DNA of 64,000 bases from Octopus sinensis (GCF_006345805.1 NC_043004.1:105524001-105588000); one strand, 5' to 3'; counted from the first letter of the stretch, positions 12,931 to 26,915 are shown. Notes: generated by a model not told the origin, from the sequence alone. A program made the numbers and translations.

Positions 12931-13779
12931 TACAAATAACATACAAATAACAGTTGATAATATAGTATATATAAATGTAAGATAATTTTTCATGATAAAA
13001 TGGCAGTAACATAGTTATTGACATGGCAATACCAAATAATTGTGAAGTTGTATAGAGTTAAGTGCCTTGACACTTCTGAATGCAAAGCAGTTTCTGTGAA
13101 TGACAGAAATGAGCCGTCAGCCAACATGGTGCTTGTCCCTAACTCATAGCAATTGTAACTTTTAAAAAGAAAAGAAAAATGAAATTTTGTCAACCAAAGG
13201 TGAAATAATTTTGTGGTAATTCAGTTCATCAGTTATGGTCTCTTAAACTTTAATGATTTGATCATCTGTTTCTTCTACACATGTAATATATTAATCAGAG
13301 TAGTCTTTTGTGCCATGAGGAATACCTACATGAAGACTTTGTCTTCAAATAGGTGTATTTAGAGCAATTCTGCTTCCCTGAAGTTTTTCCTGCATCATGT
13401 TAAACTAAGTAACTGAATACAGTATGGAAAGGTAAATCACTAATTAATATCAAAGGTTTAAGTGGTGGTTGAGCTGGCAGACTTGTTAGTACACTAGACA
13501 AAATGCTTAGCAGCATTTTAGCGATCTTTACATTCTGAGTTCAAATTCTGTTGAGGTCAATTTTGCCTTTCATCTTCTTAGGGTCGATAAAATAGGTTGA
13601 GCTTACTCCCTCTCTCAAAATTTTTGGCCTCTTGCCAAAATTTGAAACCAATATTAATGTACTGGTAAAGGTGGAAAGCTGGCAGAAGAGGTAGACTTTG
13701 TCTTTCATCCTTTCAGAATTGATAACATAAATACCAGTTGAATACTGGGGTCATTGTAATTGACTTATCCCCTCCCCTA

Positions 13780-14040
13780 CCTGTGCAGTGGCACATAAAA
13801 GTATCTGTGTGGTCCCACATAAAAGCACCCATGCAGTGCCATGTATAAAAGCACCCAGCACACTCTGTAAAGTGGTTGGCGTTAGGAAGGGCATCCAGTC
13901 ATAGAAACCCTGCCAAATCAGACTGGAGTGTGGTGCAGCGCCCCAGCTTGCCAGCTCTGGACAAACCATCCAACCCATGCCAGCATGGAAAATGGACATT
14001 AAATGATTATTATTATCATTATCATTATTATTATTAGTGC
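13780..14040 (+). mobile_element. Family D (RTE 3' end) copy
   Basis: gtggttggcgttaggaagggcatccag...ggacattaaatgattatt. Confidence 0.75.
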
Positions 14041-14411
14041 TTGGGAGCTCTACATTCTCATGATGCAAAACTTGCTCACTTAAACATGCAAAACAAACAG
14101 GCATTATAAATGATGGCAATGATTATGACGATGATAATATGTACTTAGGAACAAAACCTGAAATTTTTAATGGAAAGAGTTATTTTATTAAACTTTACTG
14201 GTTCTTTATTTTATCAACTCTGGAAATATAAAAGGTAAAATTGATCTTGGTTTGATTTGAACCCAGAACATAAAGAGACGGAACCAATATCTAAGCACAT
14301 TTTGTCTGATCCTCTAACAACTCTGTCAATCCAATACCCTTCTTGGTGATGATGTCAGTGATGATTATGATTATGATCATATATACATATATATTATTGT
14401 TATTATTATTC

Positions 14412-15767
14412 ATATACATACAACAGATTAGGCTGTTGGAAAAGAAAAATTCCTAACATCGGGCTACAAGTAGCCTTAAATACCAAGAACCCTCCTAAGT
14501 ATCCTAGCTCTCCCTAATAACACTGTTTTCTGGAGCTGTACTAAACTTGGTTTTATGCCTATTTTCTCAATCCAAGTGTTCAAATCTTTTGAGATAGTTC
14601 CTAATTCATTTATAACTACTGGGATACATTTTACCCACACTTTCTATAATCTCCATAATTCAATGGCTAAGTCTTGATACTTGGCTATTTTTTCTATTAC
14701 TCTCATATCGATTTTTTCATCATTTGGGACTGTATAGTCAATTATCTGGCACTTTCTATTGTCTTTGTCTACTACTACTAAATCAGGCTTTCTAGCTTCT
14801 ATTACACTGTCAGCTTGAATGTTAAAGTCCCACAACATCTTATATTTCTTACTTTCTAGTACTTTACTAGGTTCATATTCATACCATTTATCAGTATGGT
14901 CAAATCCTAGCTTTCTACATAACTCTCAGTGGATTACTCTCCCTAGATTGTCATGTCTCTTCTGGTAGTCTTTCTGTACCAGTATGCTACATTCCCTTAC
15001 TTTATGAGTAACATTTTCCTCTTTTGATTTGCATAACATACACTGGGAATATACTTGGTGTTTGTTTATCTTGGCTTTTAATTAGTTCTTAATGCTTGAT
15101 CTTGTGCTGCTACTGCTACTAACAAACTTTCTGTCTCCCTTTTTTAGCCTTCATTTCTGCAACCACAATTATGTCTCACTTCTACAATTTGCTGCAACTA
15201 TCTTTGGGAATCTACAATGTAAAGTCTTTTCCTGCCAGTCAGATAACTTTTGATCTTTTTTCTGGTTTTCCCTATATCTTGCTGTGTCTCTAGCAACTCT
15301 TAATAATCTTTCTTCACTATTACCTACATAGGAGTTTATATCCACTCTAGCTAACTCCATGCAGTCTTCTATTGATATCAACCTTCTTCCACCTTCCTTT
15401 CTAGATAAGTATAACCTTGCTACTCCTGCCCTTGGGTGATGTCCTTCATTCATATTGAATTCTTTCCAAGTTCTTCTTTCTAGCTTTGCTAATTCAGTTT
15501 TGTCCAATCTACAAAAGCTGTTGAGTATCTAAGTAATGATACTGCCCAAGTATTTACAGCCTTTGCTAGTTTCGGACCATTTTTGTTACCTTCCTTACCC
15601 TTCTGAGGTACTCTTCAATTTTCATTTTCATTTCTATAGTTAGTACTCTGTCAGATTATAATACTCCTAGATACTTATAACTCTCTCTCCTTCTTTTAAT
15701 GATTTGAATGTCTGGCCATCTGGTAATTGGATACCTTCACTGTTGATTACCTGTCCCCTTTTCATGA
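14412..15767 (-). mobile_element. 5'-truncated R4/Dong-type non-LTR element (RT thumb, CCHC, restriction-like endonuclease)
   Basis: YKYLG (RT7), RLYLSRKEGGRRLISIEDC, CCHC knuckle CMLCKSKEENVTHKVREC (14989-15042), KRHD, LWDFNIQADSVIEARKPDLVVVDK...IID...KYQDL; both ends abut TTA/ATT repeats. Confidence 0.9.
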
Positions 15768-15782
15768 CTAATTATTATTATA

Positions 15783-16270
15783 TAAGCCAGTGAATTGGCA
15801 GAATCGTTAGCATGCTGGGCGATATATTTAGCAGTATTTTACCTGTGCTTTGTCCTGAGTTCAAATTTCACCAAGGTTGACTTTCATCCTTTCAGGGTTG
15901 ATAAACTAAGAACCAGTCAAGTACTGGGGTCGATGTAATTGACTATCTCTTTCCCTACAAATTCCAGGCTTTGTGCCTATAGTAGAAAGGATTATCATCA
16001 TTATCATCATAATCATTATTATTATTGCCTAGCAGTATTTTGTCTGCCGTTACGTTCTGAGTTCAAATTCTGCCGAGGCTGACTTTGCCTTTCATCCTTC
16101 AGGGTCGATTAAATATGTACCAGTTAATCACTGGGGTCGATGTAACCTACTTAATCTCCTTGTCTGTCCTTGTTTGTCTCCTCTATGTTTAGCCCCCTGT
16201 GGGCAATAAATTCTTCTTCTTCTTCTTCTTCTTCTTCTTCTCTTCTTCTTCTTCTTATTATTATTAATTA

Positions 16271-16349
<79 letters not shown>

Positions 16350-16351
16350 CA

Positions 16352-16388
<37 letters not shown>

Positions 16389-16625
16389 GATGATATAAGG
16401 GGCAACATACTGGCAGAATCTTTGGCATGTCAGGCAAAATGCTTTGTAGTAATTCATCTGTCTTTACATACAGAGTTCAAATTCTGCTATGGTCAGCTGC
16501 CTTTCATCCTTTCAGGGTTGATAAATTAAACACCAGTGGAACGCTGGGGGTGGATGCAATCAACTACTCCCCTCCCACCAAATTTCAGGTCTTTGTGCCT
16601 TCAGTAGAATGGATTATTCTTATTA
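15783..16625 (+). mobile_element. Three tandem SINE A fragments separated by (ATT)n/(TTC)n microsatellites
   Basis: Recurrent ctgagttcaaatt...gactttgcctttcatcc at about 15855, 16055 and 16470; (TTC)n(TTA)n at 16210-16395. Confidence 0.75.
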
Positions 16626-16877
16626 TTATTCCTAAACAAGAATGTCATTGACAGTGACTTTGAAGTTTTAGCCTGTTAAGCCATCGTTGGACAGTCCAAC
16701 AATAGCTTTAACTGGCTGAAACTTCAAAATCACCAAAAGTATGTACAAAAGTATAGTGTAACCCATCAGATTAACGTGTAATTGTTTTTATTATAAGTGA
16801 GCATAAAAACAAACATTAACACATGCACGTGCGCACACGCACACACACACATCTGTGTCTCTTTCTTTCTTTTCTCT

Positions 16878-17250
16878 TTTACTTGTTTCAGTCATTTGAC
16901 TGCAGCCATGCTGGAGCACCGCCTTTTAGTCGAGCAAATCGACCCCGGGACTTATTCTTTGTAAGCCCAGTACTTATTCTATCGGTCTCTTTTGCCGAAC
17001 CGCTAAGTGACGGGGACGTAAACACACCAGGGGGACAAACACAGACACACAAACACATACACACACATATATATATACATATATACGACAGGCTTCTTTC
17101 AGTTTCCGTCTACCAAATCCACTCGCAAGGCATTGTTGGCCCGGGGCTATAGCAGAAGACACTTGCCCAAGATGCCACACAGTGGGACTGAACCCGGGAC
17201 CATGTGGTTGGTTAGCAAGCTACTTACCATACAGCCACTCCTGTGCCTAT
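16878..17250 (-). mobile_element. SINE B, full-length, young
   Basis: Near-identical to 38866-39325; internal (CA)n(TA)n. Confidence 0.9.
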
Positions 17251-17514
17251 GTGTATATCTCTCTTACTTGAAAATTAGGCAAGGGTTAGTGAGAGGAAGG
17301 GCATCCAACTGTACAACTCTGCCAACAATATATTTATTTAATCCATGCTAACTTGGGAAAACAGACTTAAAAAGTAAATGTAAAGAAATGATAATATATG
17401 TGTGTGTGTGGATGTATGTGTGTGGGATTTTCTTTTGATTCACCTATATGCAACAAATATATGAAAGTTATAAGAAATCTAGGGCAAAAGTGGGAAAAAT
17501 TGTTTTTATTGATT

Positions 17515-18130
17515 AACATAGGTCATCCAAAGTACACATGTTAGTGAATAATGCTTTATGTGAATAATACTTTATTAGAGTGAATAATACTTTATGCAAA
17601 AGTACTATTCGCACAGTCTCCATTGCATATGATACATCTGCTCTATTGCTGAACCCGACACTCAGATCATCTTTGAAAAGATTCAGGTGTACACTGTTGG
17701 TGTCACTTTGGTACAGCCACTTTCATCTCATCAATATCATCAATGGACCAAAGAGGTGGAAGTCAGAGGGCCAGATCCAGTCAGTATGGTGGATGGCGAT
17801 CACTGATCAGCCTAATTTGCTGATTACTTGATTTGTTGCTAAAAATTTGTGCAGTTGTGCATTGTCATAATAAACTTGAGTCATTTGTTATTGTTCAGAT
17901 TCTTGGTCAGCCTCTTCCTCTTAATGGCTTCTCTAAGCCTTTTGAGTGTCTCAATGTACTGTTCTCTGTTCACACTTCAGGCACATTCCAGAAAATCAAG
18001 GAGACCGATGCCCTTGTCATTCCAGAAAACAGCCACCATGATTTTCTGTGTTGATAACTAGCTCTTAAACTCTTGGAGAAGAAATGCAACACCATTCCAA
18101 GGGCTGAGCTTTCTTTTCTGGATTGCAAAG
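17515..18130 (-). mobile_element. Second decayed mariner, 3' half
   Basis: KIMVAVFWNDKG, YIETLKRLREAIKRKR, HPPY*LDLA(P)SDFHLFGPL (frameshifted); TIR-like taggtcatccaaagt near 17519. Confidence 0.8.
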
Positions 18131-18489
18131 ATACACCCATTGAATGCATACAAGATGCCAAGTAATGATTTTAAATCAGGTGACAGATTCAATCTATAAT
18201 GTAAGCAGGCCTTAGCAAGGTTTGATTTCAGAATGCAAAGAACCAGAATAAATACAGTAAAGCATTTGGCCCCAAATTCTTACTTTTCTCTCAATCCATC
18301 ACTCAAGCTTGGTGCTTCTTATCAACCTTGAAAATATGAAAGGCTAAGATGACTTCAGCAGGATTTGAACTCAGAGCAGAGAGAGAGAGACAGAGACATA
18401 GAAGTATTTTTTTTAGTAGGGTTCATGCTGCTATTGTTGTTGTTTCACCCAGGTTAGCCATGGTTCAACAGCTCTATAATTAGAGGTTG

Positions 18490-18720
18490 GGGAGGTGCAT
18501 GACTTAGTGGCTAGAGTGTTGGACATATGATCGTAAGATTGTGGTTTTGAATCCTGGACCGGGTGATGCATTATGTTCTTGAGCAAAGCCCTTTATTTCA
18601 TGCTGCTCCTGTCCACTCAACTAGTAAAAATGAATCATCCTACAATGGACCATCACCCCATTCAGGGAGGAATATATGCCCCAGAGAACCAGAAAACTGG
18701 CCTTATGCTTCTTACAGAGT
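18490..18720 (+). mobile_element. CORE-like SINE with family-C type tail
   Basis: tRNA-like head, ttcttgagcaaagccctttatttc centre, tail aatggaccatcacccc...gaaaactggccttatg. Confidence 0.65.
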
Positions 18721-19866
18721 AATGTACACTAACCATGATATTAGCAGTGACCCAACTGTAACTGCCCATCTTATAGAGTTATGTATAAGAGTACATTATC
18801 CAGCGTACTCTTTTCTTTTTTCAAAAAGTAGGATGTGATTTAAGGGACGTTTTGCTGTTGTTTCAGGCTGATTTAGTGACCACATAGAAGCTTTCTCATT
18901 GGCTCAAGTTTCCTCATTGGCTTCTTGATATCACTGTGGTTGTTATTTAGCCTAAGGTTTACTCTGATCAAACAGACCTATGATCACTGCCATTCCAACC
19001 ATGACATCCTGTGTTTTTTAGTTTCTATTGCCACACTGTCTAATGTATACCTTTCTCTTTGGAGTGTGATCTGAGGAAGATTTGGTTGCTTTTTCTAGCC
19101 GGATGTTCAGGCTATATAGCAGCTCCTTCATTGGCTTGTGCTGCTATTGTTCCTCCTAATGGTTGTTGTTGTTGTTGTTCATGATAATGTTGTGGTTATT
19201 GTTGCTAGAAGTGTTTGTTGTTGTTGTTGTTAGAGTTGAAGTTACTGGCTGGTCTCCTTGGACTTCTACTGATTTTCAGAATACTGTCCAGAATCTAGTT
19301 TATCACTGTTGCTGCTGCTGCTGCTGCTGATCCTGCTGATCCTGCTGTTACTGCTGCTGCTGCTGTTATGGCTGCTGTTGCTACTCCTGTTGCTGTTGCC
19401 TCTGTTACTGCTATTATTGACGTTGTTGCTGCTGTTGCTGTTATTATTGCTGCTGCTGTTGCTACTGCTATTATTGATGCTTCTGTTTATATCTGTGCTT
19501 TTACTGCTGCATTGTTACTATTAGAACTGCTACTAGTGCTGCTGCTGATGATATTAGTACTGCTACTACTGCCAGTGCTGTTACTATCTTATCTCATACT
19601 GCTCCCATCCATAGAAGTCTCCTTCAGTTTTCCTTCTCCTCCTCCTTTAAACCTTCTCCCTCATTACTTTCTTAGCTTCACCTCTCTTTCACTGCATATT
19701 ACTAGATCCCAGTCTCCCTCTCTTCCCCCATTTATGTTTCCATCTTTCTTTTCCTTCCTCTTTGTCTCATAATCTACAGCTCTTCCTTCAACCATCACCC
19801 TTTCTCACTCTCCTTTTTTGTCATTTTCTACTTCCTCTTTGCCCCTTTCTATCATTCTCTTTCTTC

Positions 19867-20095
<229 letters not shown>

Positions 20096-20587
20096 TGTCT
20101 CACCCCTGTTGCATGTATCACCAAGAGCCATTCTTCTCTTCTTTCTCTTCGTCTATCACTTCATTTCTTTGGCTCATTCACTCATTCTCTTTCCTCCTCC
20201 CCCCTCTCCCTCTCTCTCTTCAACTACTTGCTCCTTTCAGAAATGACCACAACACTCCACCCATGTCTGTCATGCTTTCAACCTCTCCACCCCCACCACT
20301 ACCTCACCCACCCCACCACCACCACCACCACCACCACCAATACAGCCTACATGACAGGCACCATGACCACCACTACGAAATATAATGGTGATGACGACGA
20401 CGACGACCGCCATCACCACCTTCAAGCCATCACCTCTCTGCTTTGCTCACTACACAAATTCATTGGTCTCTGAATCCAATTCAACACAGATAGTTTTCCA
20501 TCATCCATCACTCCCCCCCACCACCACCACCACCCAACTTTCCTCAGCCACCACGCAACTGGCCAGCTGTTGCTAAGAAGTAGTAGC

Positions 20588-20619
<32 letters not shown>

Positions 20620-20926
20620 GTATTGTTTATGTTGGTTGTGATGATGGATTTCATGGAGTTGGATGTGATGGTCATGTTCTCATAGATCTTGGCCTGGCTA
20701 ATATCATTATATCATTATAATGATCATCATCATCAGCAATCAACTTGTATGCAGCAGCACCACCACCACCACCACCACCATCATCATTATCGTCATCATC
20801 GTCTTCATCATCATCATCATCGTCGTCTTCATCATCATTATGCTCATAGATTTTTCCCCATGTTTTAACCAAAAATGTCTCTTTCTAAAATTTCTTATTC
20901 TAGCCCTCTCTTTCTCACTTTCTCTC

Positions 20927-20966
<40 letters not shown>

Positions 20967-21224
20967 CCTATTTCTAATTAAATATCTACACACACACAAC
21001 AAACACACGCACACACACACAAGTATGCACCCCCGCACATGCATGCACATACACACACACACTCATAGACACTCATGCACACACACACTCATAGACACTC
21101 ATGCACACACACATACACACACACTTGCACACATTCACACATACACACACTCATAGACACACACACACACACACAGACATGCACACGTATACACACACAC
21201 ACACATACACACACACACAGATAA

Positions 21225-21630
21225 AGGGGCAGTGCCAGTGGTCTTTGCCAATGAGATTGATGCCATAAATGTTCCTCTTGAGCCTTTGCAAGTCAACATC
21301 TGCAGGAAAGACATGAGCAGAAGGGGATTCCCAGAGGAGGAAGGAATGGGCCGCATACTTAGTGTGTTGCCTGGAGAATTGAATACAAGAAGAGTGATGA
21401 GAGGAGAAGAGGAGAGATGAGTGGCTTTGGAACACCTAGGTGGAGGTGGTATGAACCTGGTCAGTTTTGAGGAGCAGAGGCCATTATAGTCACAGTAGAA
21501 AATCAGAGGATGAAACACGTCTGGATCTGTAGTTGGAGTGTGTTTATAACTGACGTTATGACTGGCAAACGAGAAACCCTCTTGTGGAGTTGGTCTAGGA
21601 TTTGCGAGCAGTACCACATTATCTATGAAT
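21225..21630 (-). pseudogene. LINE ORF2 C-terminal fragment (CR1/L2/Jockey superclade)
   Basis: YNGLCSSKLTRFIPPP and, after a frameshift, [18 protein letters not shown]. Confidence 0.65.
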
Positions 21631-21664
21631 AGAGACCCCCCCACCCCACACACAGACACACAAT

Positions 21665-23270
21665 CTTCATTACCAACATATCTTTAATTGCTTTATGAAC
21701 TGCACTGCAGTCAACTTGTATGCTTGGTCCCCTTGTTTTGTCTACTTGGGGGCTGATCCTCTCTCCCCTCTGAATTCTCTATATATCTCTTATAATAGTG
21801 TTTTCATACCCCTTTCTCTTCAGTAATAGTAAGGGCCAGTTTATTGCCATCTGTATACAAACTATATTTATATATTCTACATATAATTCTCCCTTGACAA
21901 CTCATTTTTCTCAAGCAGTGTCTTGTAATCTGGAATACCTCACACCTCCAATTTTTGTGTTGTAGAATATGTGTAGGTTCCTTACTTTCTGCTTCTTCTT
22001 TAACTAAGTATTCTTAAGGCCTAGTTTTTCTAGTTTGTTTGTATTGCTTTCTGCTGCCTACATTTGCCCAGTTTTTCCAAGCCTGTCTCTTTGCTTTTGT
22101 GACTTTGTTTACTTCACTCTTCCTCCACTGTCAGGTTAGGTTGCTCTCAGCAAATTGTGTTGTATGCATTTCCAATTTTGCTCAATGTCATAAGTCTCTA
22201 TATTCCTCCTTCCTATCTCAAGTATCAACCAGAACTTCTCTGTATCTACAACTGACTGAGAGATCTTTCAACTTCCATGACTTCTATTTTCAGATTGCAT
22301 TTTGTTTCTGAGTCTGCCAAACTCTCACTCTGAAATCTTTAATAACTACATTATTCTTCACCAGAAAAAAAAACATAGCATTTATAAAGGTCTGCCTGTC
22401 CCATTTCTAGTTCAGAAGGAAGTCTGTCTAGCTAGTGTGTTCCCCAGATTCATATATGATCAGATGGCTGGCTGGATTCCTGAAGTTGATAATGCAAATT
22501 GTTAGGCCATTTGCATCACAGAATTATAGGAGACCCGATCTCTTCTCATTCTCTATATTCACTATATTCATAATTCACATGCATGACAGAGAGGCCACCA
22601 TAGAGCTGCCCAATATCATCCTCATGGTCCTCCACATCATCATTTAACATATACTTTTCCACATTTGTCTGGGTCAAACAAAATTTGTTGAGACAGAATT
22701 TCTTCAACAGGATGCTCTTCCTGCTGCCAACCCTCATCTGTTTCCAAGTAATGTAATATTTCCCATCGGGAGAAACAGTTTCCCAACATGTTTATTAAAA
22801 TCGTTAGTCATAAAAATGAGCTCATTGTTGTTTGTTGTCATGGTATACAGTAGAAGAGCTTTATAAAAGTGGTCCTGCAGTTTATCCCCCAGACTTGATT
22901 GTGGTGCATAATGGAAATAGCAGTGGCTGTTGTTTATTTTTCTCTGAATAACCTTGGCTTAATTATTCTGTCACATACTATGACTGTCTTAACTACTTAT
23001 CTATCTATTTCTTTGCTGGCAATATGCCAATTTTATCTTCCCTATTGGTATTACCCTCCCAGAAGAATCTCAGCACTTTTACTATGACATGTCTGGCTGA
23101 GGGACACCTCCAGCTTGTTTCTTGCACACAACACACATTATCTTTGCTCCTGTATTTCAACAAAATTTCCAACCCACCTTTCATTCTGCTGACATTTAGA
23201 GCAGTTTTTCTAATAAAAGCTAGGAAGCTCCAGTGGTGTTTAGGCAAACTTGTACTTCACCTTTGCAACT
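21665..23270 (-). pseudogene. Decayed RTE-clade LINE: AP-endonuclease and linker
   Basis: VCCVQETSWR...FFWEGN...IGILPAKK; downstream PQVDKTRGPSIQVDCSAVHKAIKDM. Confidence 0.75.
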
Positions 23271-23422
23271 GAAATAAAATAAGTGTGATTGTTCATTCTT
23301 CTCATACATAACTTGATGATTTTCACTGAATGATTAAGTATATACACATACATAAACATATAAACACATATAGAAATATATGATAATGAAGGTTTGTGCT
23401 TTATATATGCATATAACTATAA

Positions 23423-23489
<67 letters not shown>

Positions 23490-24559
23490 GTATATATATA
23501 GTGTGTGGTGTGTGTGTGTATGTATATATGTATGTATGTATGTATGTATTTATATGAATATATGAAACATGAATGATTTTGTGAAGTTGTGTCATAATTG
23601 TGTAATTCATTTTATAAAATGTACAAATAACCTTCGAATATTTTGAGGGAAACTGAAATTGGAGCAGAAGATATTATGGGAATATCATGAGATGGAATAG
23701 TTAGCTTAAGTAATCATTTCAGAGATTTATTTCCCTTTAAATATTAATACTAAGTGTGTGCATATCTATTTTCACAGGCTCACATATGCACACATAAGTG
23801 CATAGAGATGCATGCATGCACACACACATTCACAATGCATGCATGCACACAAGTATGTGTGTATGCTTACACATATTTAAGTACAGAGACTGAAGGAATT
23901 AAATGAATTTAACCTGGAATAAAATTCAACAATTTGAAAATAAGATATATAGAAAGTGTATAGAGTAAATCTTAGAATTTATAATTGGTATAAATCGAAT
24001 AAAAATGGATGGGTAATTGGACAGACAAACATACACTTACATAGAAAGATAGGTAGGTAGATGGATAAATAAATGGGTTCATAAATAGGCAAATAGATAG
24101 ATAGGTATATAGGCAAAAAAATAACAAGATATACAAAAGATAAGTAGATAACAAAATAAATAATAGAGAGATAGATAAACAAATAAATTAGAGAGGTAAA
24201 AAGAGAGACAGACAAACATATAGTTCTACAGAGTGACAAAGAGGAAGATTTGTGTAGAAATACATATATAGGTATCTATGTGTATGCGCACAGGGATTGT
24301 TGTAAGTATAAAGTGTATAGTTATAAACATGGATAGATACAACAAAGCAGAAACATAAACATATTTAATAGAGTCATGAGAGGATATGAGTAAGTCGTGT
24401 AAGATCTGATTGCTTGGGGAGTGGCACATGAAGAAGTACTACAGAGCCTGGTGATTGCCAAATGTTTTGTGTAAGAGGTCGGATCCATGAAAGAACTAAA
24501 GTGATATTGTTCCTTTATTGCACTTTCACTATGGTTCCAAGACCTTAGGATGTATTTCT

Positions 24560-24800
24560 ACTCATGCTTGCACTTCCCCAGTATCTTTGACTGGCTTCCT
24601 CAAGTGCTTTCATACTAGTCTTATTTCAGTAGTGCATAAACTACAACTTTTGCTCCCATTTCTGTATTTCATGCTATCATTCAAGGTCAGCTCTTTTAAA
24701 GATATGATGTATGTGGTGAGGTTGGTTGAAAGGCATCCTTTAATGTTTCAGAAATTATAGATGGGTGTAGTATGAATTTTCTTATTTCACTTTGGTCAAG
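24560..24800 (-). pseudogene. Penelope-like GIY-YIG endonuclease remnant
   Basis: KYRNGSKSCSLCTTE, equivalent to PYVNGSKKCNLCIAE at 47793-48023. Confidence 0.5.
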
Positions 24801-25402
24801 CATGTGTACAGTGGGACAGTGTGTTCAAGGTTGTGGTTTGAATTTTCAACTTTGAATATATCAAGATAACATTATGTGTGTATTTGTGTGTGTGTGTGTG
24901 TGTGTGTGTGTATGAGTGCATGTGTGTGCATATGTGTGTGAGTGTGTGTCTATGTATAAATCATACAATTTATTAACTAATATATATGTATATATGTATG
25001 TATATGCATATATATATGTATATGTATGTATATAAATAGATATATATATATATGTATATCTATGTATACATATGTATGTATATGCATGTATATAAATATA
25101 TGTATACGTATGTATTTATGTATGTATGTGTATATGTATTTATTGTTGTTGTGGCTACCTCGACGAGGGTTCCAGTGGATCCAATCAACAGAACAGCCTG
25201 TATTCAGCAAGTGGCTGAGTACTCCACAGATATATGTACCATTAATGTAGTTCTCAGGGAGATTCAGTGTGACACAGAGAGTGACAAGGCTGGGTATATT
25301 TTCATGTTATTATTATTATTATTTATTTATTATTTATTAAGAGCACAGGCTACTAACCCCGAGATTCCGAGTTCAATTCAAAGCAGTGACCTGAACAATA
25401 AC

Positions 25403-25441
<39 letters not shown>

Positions 25442-25518
25442 TAATAATAATAATTAATAGTAATAATAACATCTAAAAATACCTTAGGAATGAGAACCCA
25501 GGTTTGAAATTTCCCCAA

Positions 25519-25564
25519 GACACCTGAAGAAGGCTGGAGGGTATATCAGTCGAAACATTGTGTT
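25519..25564 (+). ncRNA. Minimal type-I hammerhead ribozyme motif
   Basis: gacac CUGAAGA a ggcug[gaggguauau]caguc GAAAC AUU gugu u; stem I 5 bp, stem II 5 bp; stem III reads ACAU (probable CpG decay of ACGU). Confidence 0.65.
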
Positions 25565-26280
25565 AACAACAAACAAGATGAGGACAAATATCCATCGAAT
25601 GTAAATAATGTAAATATCTATCTATCAATCTATTTTCTCCTTACCTACTCAAATAAATGTATATCCATATACATACATACATCATCATCATCATCATTGA
25701 CAGTATATTCAGTCCTACTAAATGGTACCTCAAGCATTTGTTTATTATTTTTAAGAAAACGAAACCCCTGCAATTGAAATTGGGTTGAATAAAACAGTGT
25801 GGAAGACTGTCAGCTGCATTGCATTGGTAATTTAAAGGTCCACCCTTGTTACATACTGTGTCACACTGATTTTGTCCAAGACATAATTTAAGGGTACACA
25901 TGTTTAAGTACCACTTCATATATTAATTTGAAGTTTCAGCTATTTAGTTGATGAAACAACTGAAAACTCAAGAGTGATATATTTTTACTTATATATATAT
26001 ATAAATATATATATACAAGTGAGTAGAAAAATGAAAGATGGGCACTTAACACATTTATTGTGAGTTACATGTATAGATCAAAACAGTTTGATTCAAACTC
26101 GCTGGTACTCTGAGTTTCAAGGAGTTTGAATCAAAATGTCTCGATCCCTATATGCATATATATATATATATATATATATATAACGGGAAGCTTTATGAAA
26201 ATAGACAAAAGATGAAGGCAGGTGGGAAACAAACAAACAATTGTATTAGTATGGCGCTCAGGAAATATAAATAAAACAAG

Positions 26281-26318
26281 TCTTTAACGTTTTGAGCCTA
26301 CGCTCTTCAACAGAAAGA
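26281..26318 (-). ncRNA. Minimal hammerhead-like motif with variant core (CUGUUGA; G12 to A)
   Basis: ucuuu CUGUUGA a gagc[guag]gcuc AAAAC GUU aaaga; perfect stems I (5 bp) and II (4 bp), palindromic AACGUU. Confidence 0.5.
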
Positions 26319-26439
26319 TACATATATATATACATATGAATGTATATATATATATATATGCATGCATGCATGTATGTATGTGTGTATGTATGTATCTATT
26401 TATTTATCACTCTCTCTCTCTCTCTGTATATATATTATC

Positions 26440-26915
26440 ATTATCATAATAAATTTAATGTCCATTGTCCATGCTGGCATAGGTTGGGCGGTTTGATTGG
26501 GTTGGCATGCTGGAAGGCTGTGCCAGGTTCCAGTCTGATTTGGTATGGTCTTTTACAGATGGATACCCTTCCTAACACCAACCACCCTGAGAGTGTAATG
26601 AGTACTTTTACATGACACCGGCATGGGTGCTACTTGCATGACACTGGTATCTGTACAACTGTGATTTTGCTTGGCATGATGGGTCTTCTCAAGCATGACA
26701 TAATGCCAAAGATCTTGGTCATGACCTCCGTGAACCCAATGCTTGAAAGAAGCTTGGCTACTCTACCTCCATGAGGCCCAACACTCGAAAGGAACTCAGC
26801 CACCTTGCCTCTGTGAAGCCTAGCACTCGAAAGTAACTTGGCCACTTTGCCGCTATGAGGCCCAAAGCTTGAAAGGTACTCAGCCACTTTGCCTCCGTGG
26901 GGCCCAACGTTCATA
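26440..26915 (-). mobile_element. Family D copy with 5' 42-bp minisatellite
   Basis: Units start at 26725, 26766, 26808, 26850 and 26892. Confidence 0.8.

Noticed and set aside
26725-26912. CRISPR-like or genuine repeat-protein reading of the 42-bp array
   Set aside because: Units are contiguous with no spacers and derive from the RTE ORF2 end; eukaryotic context.
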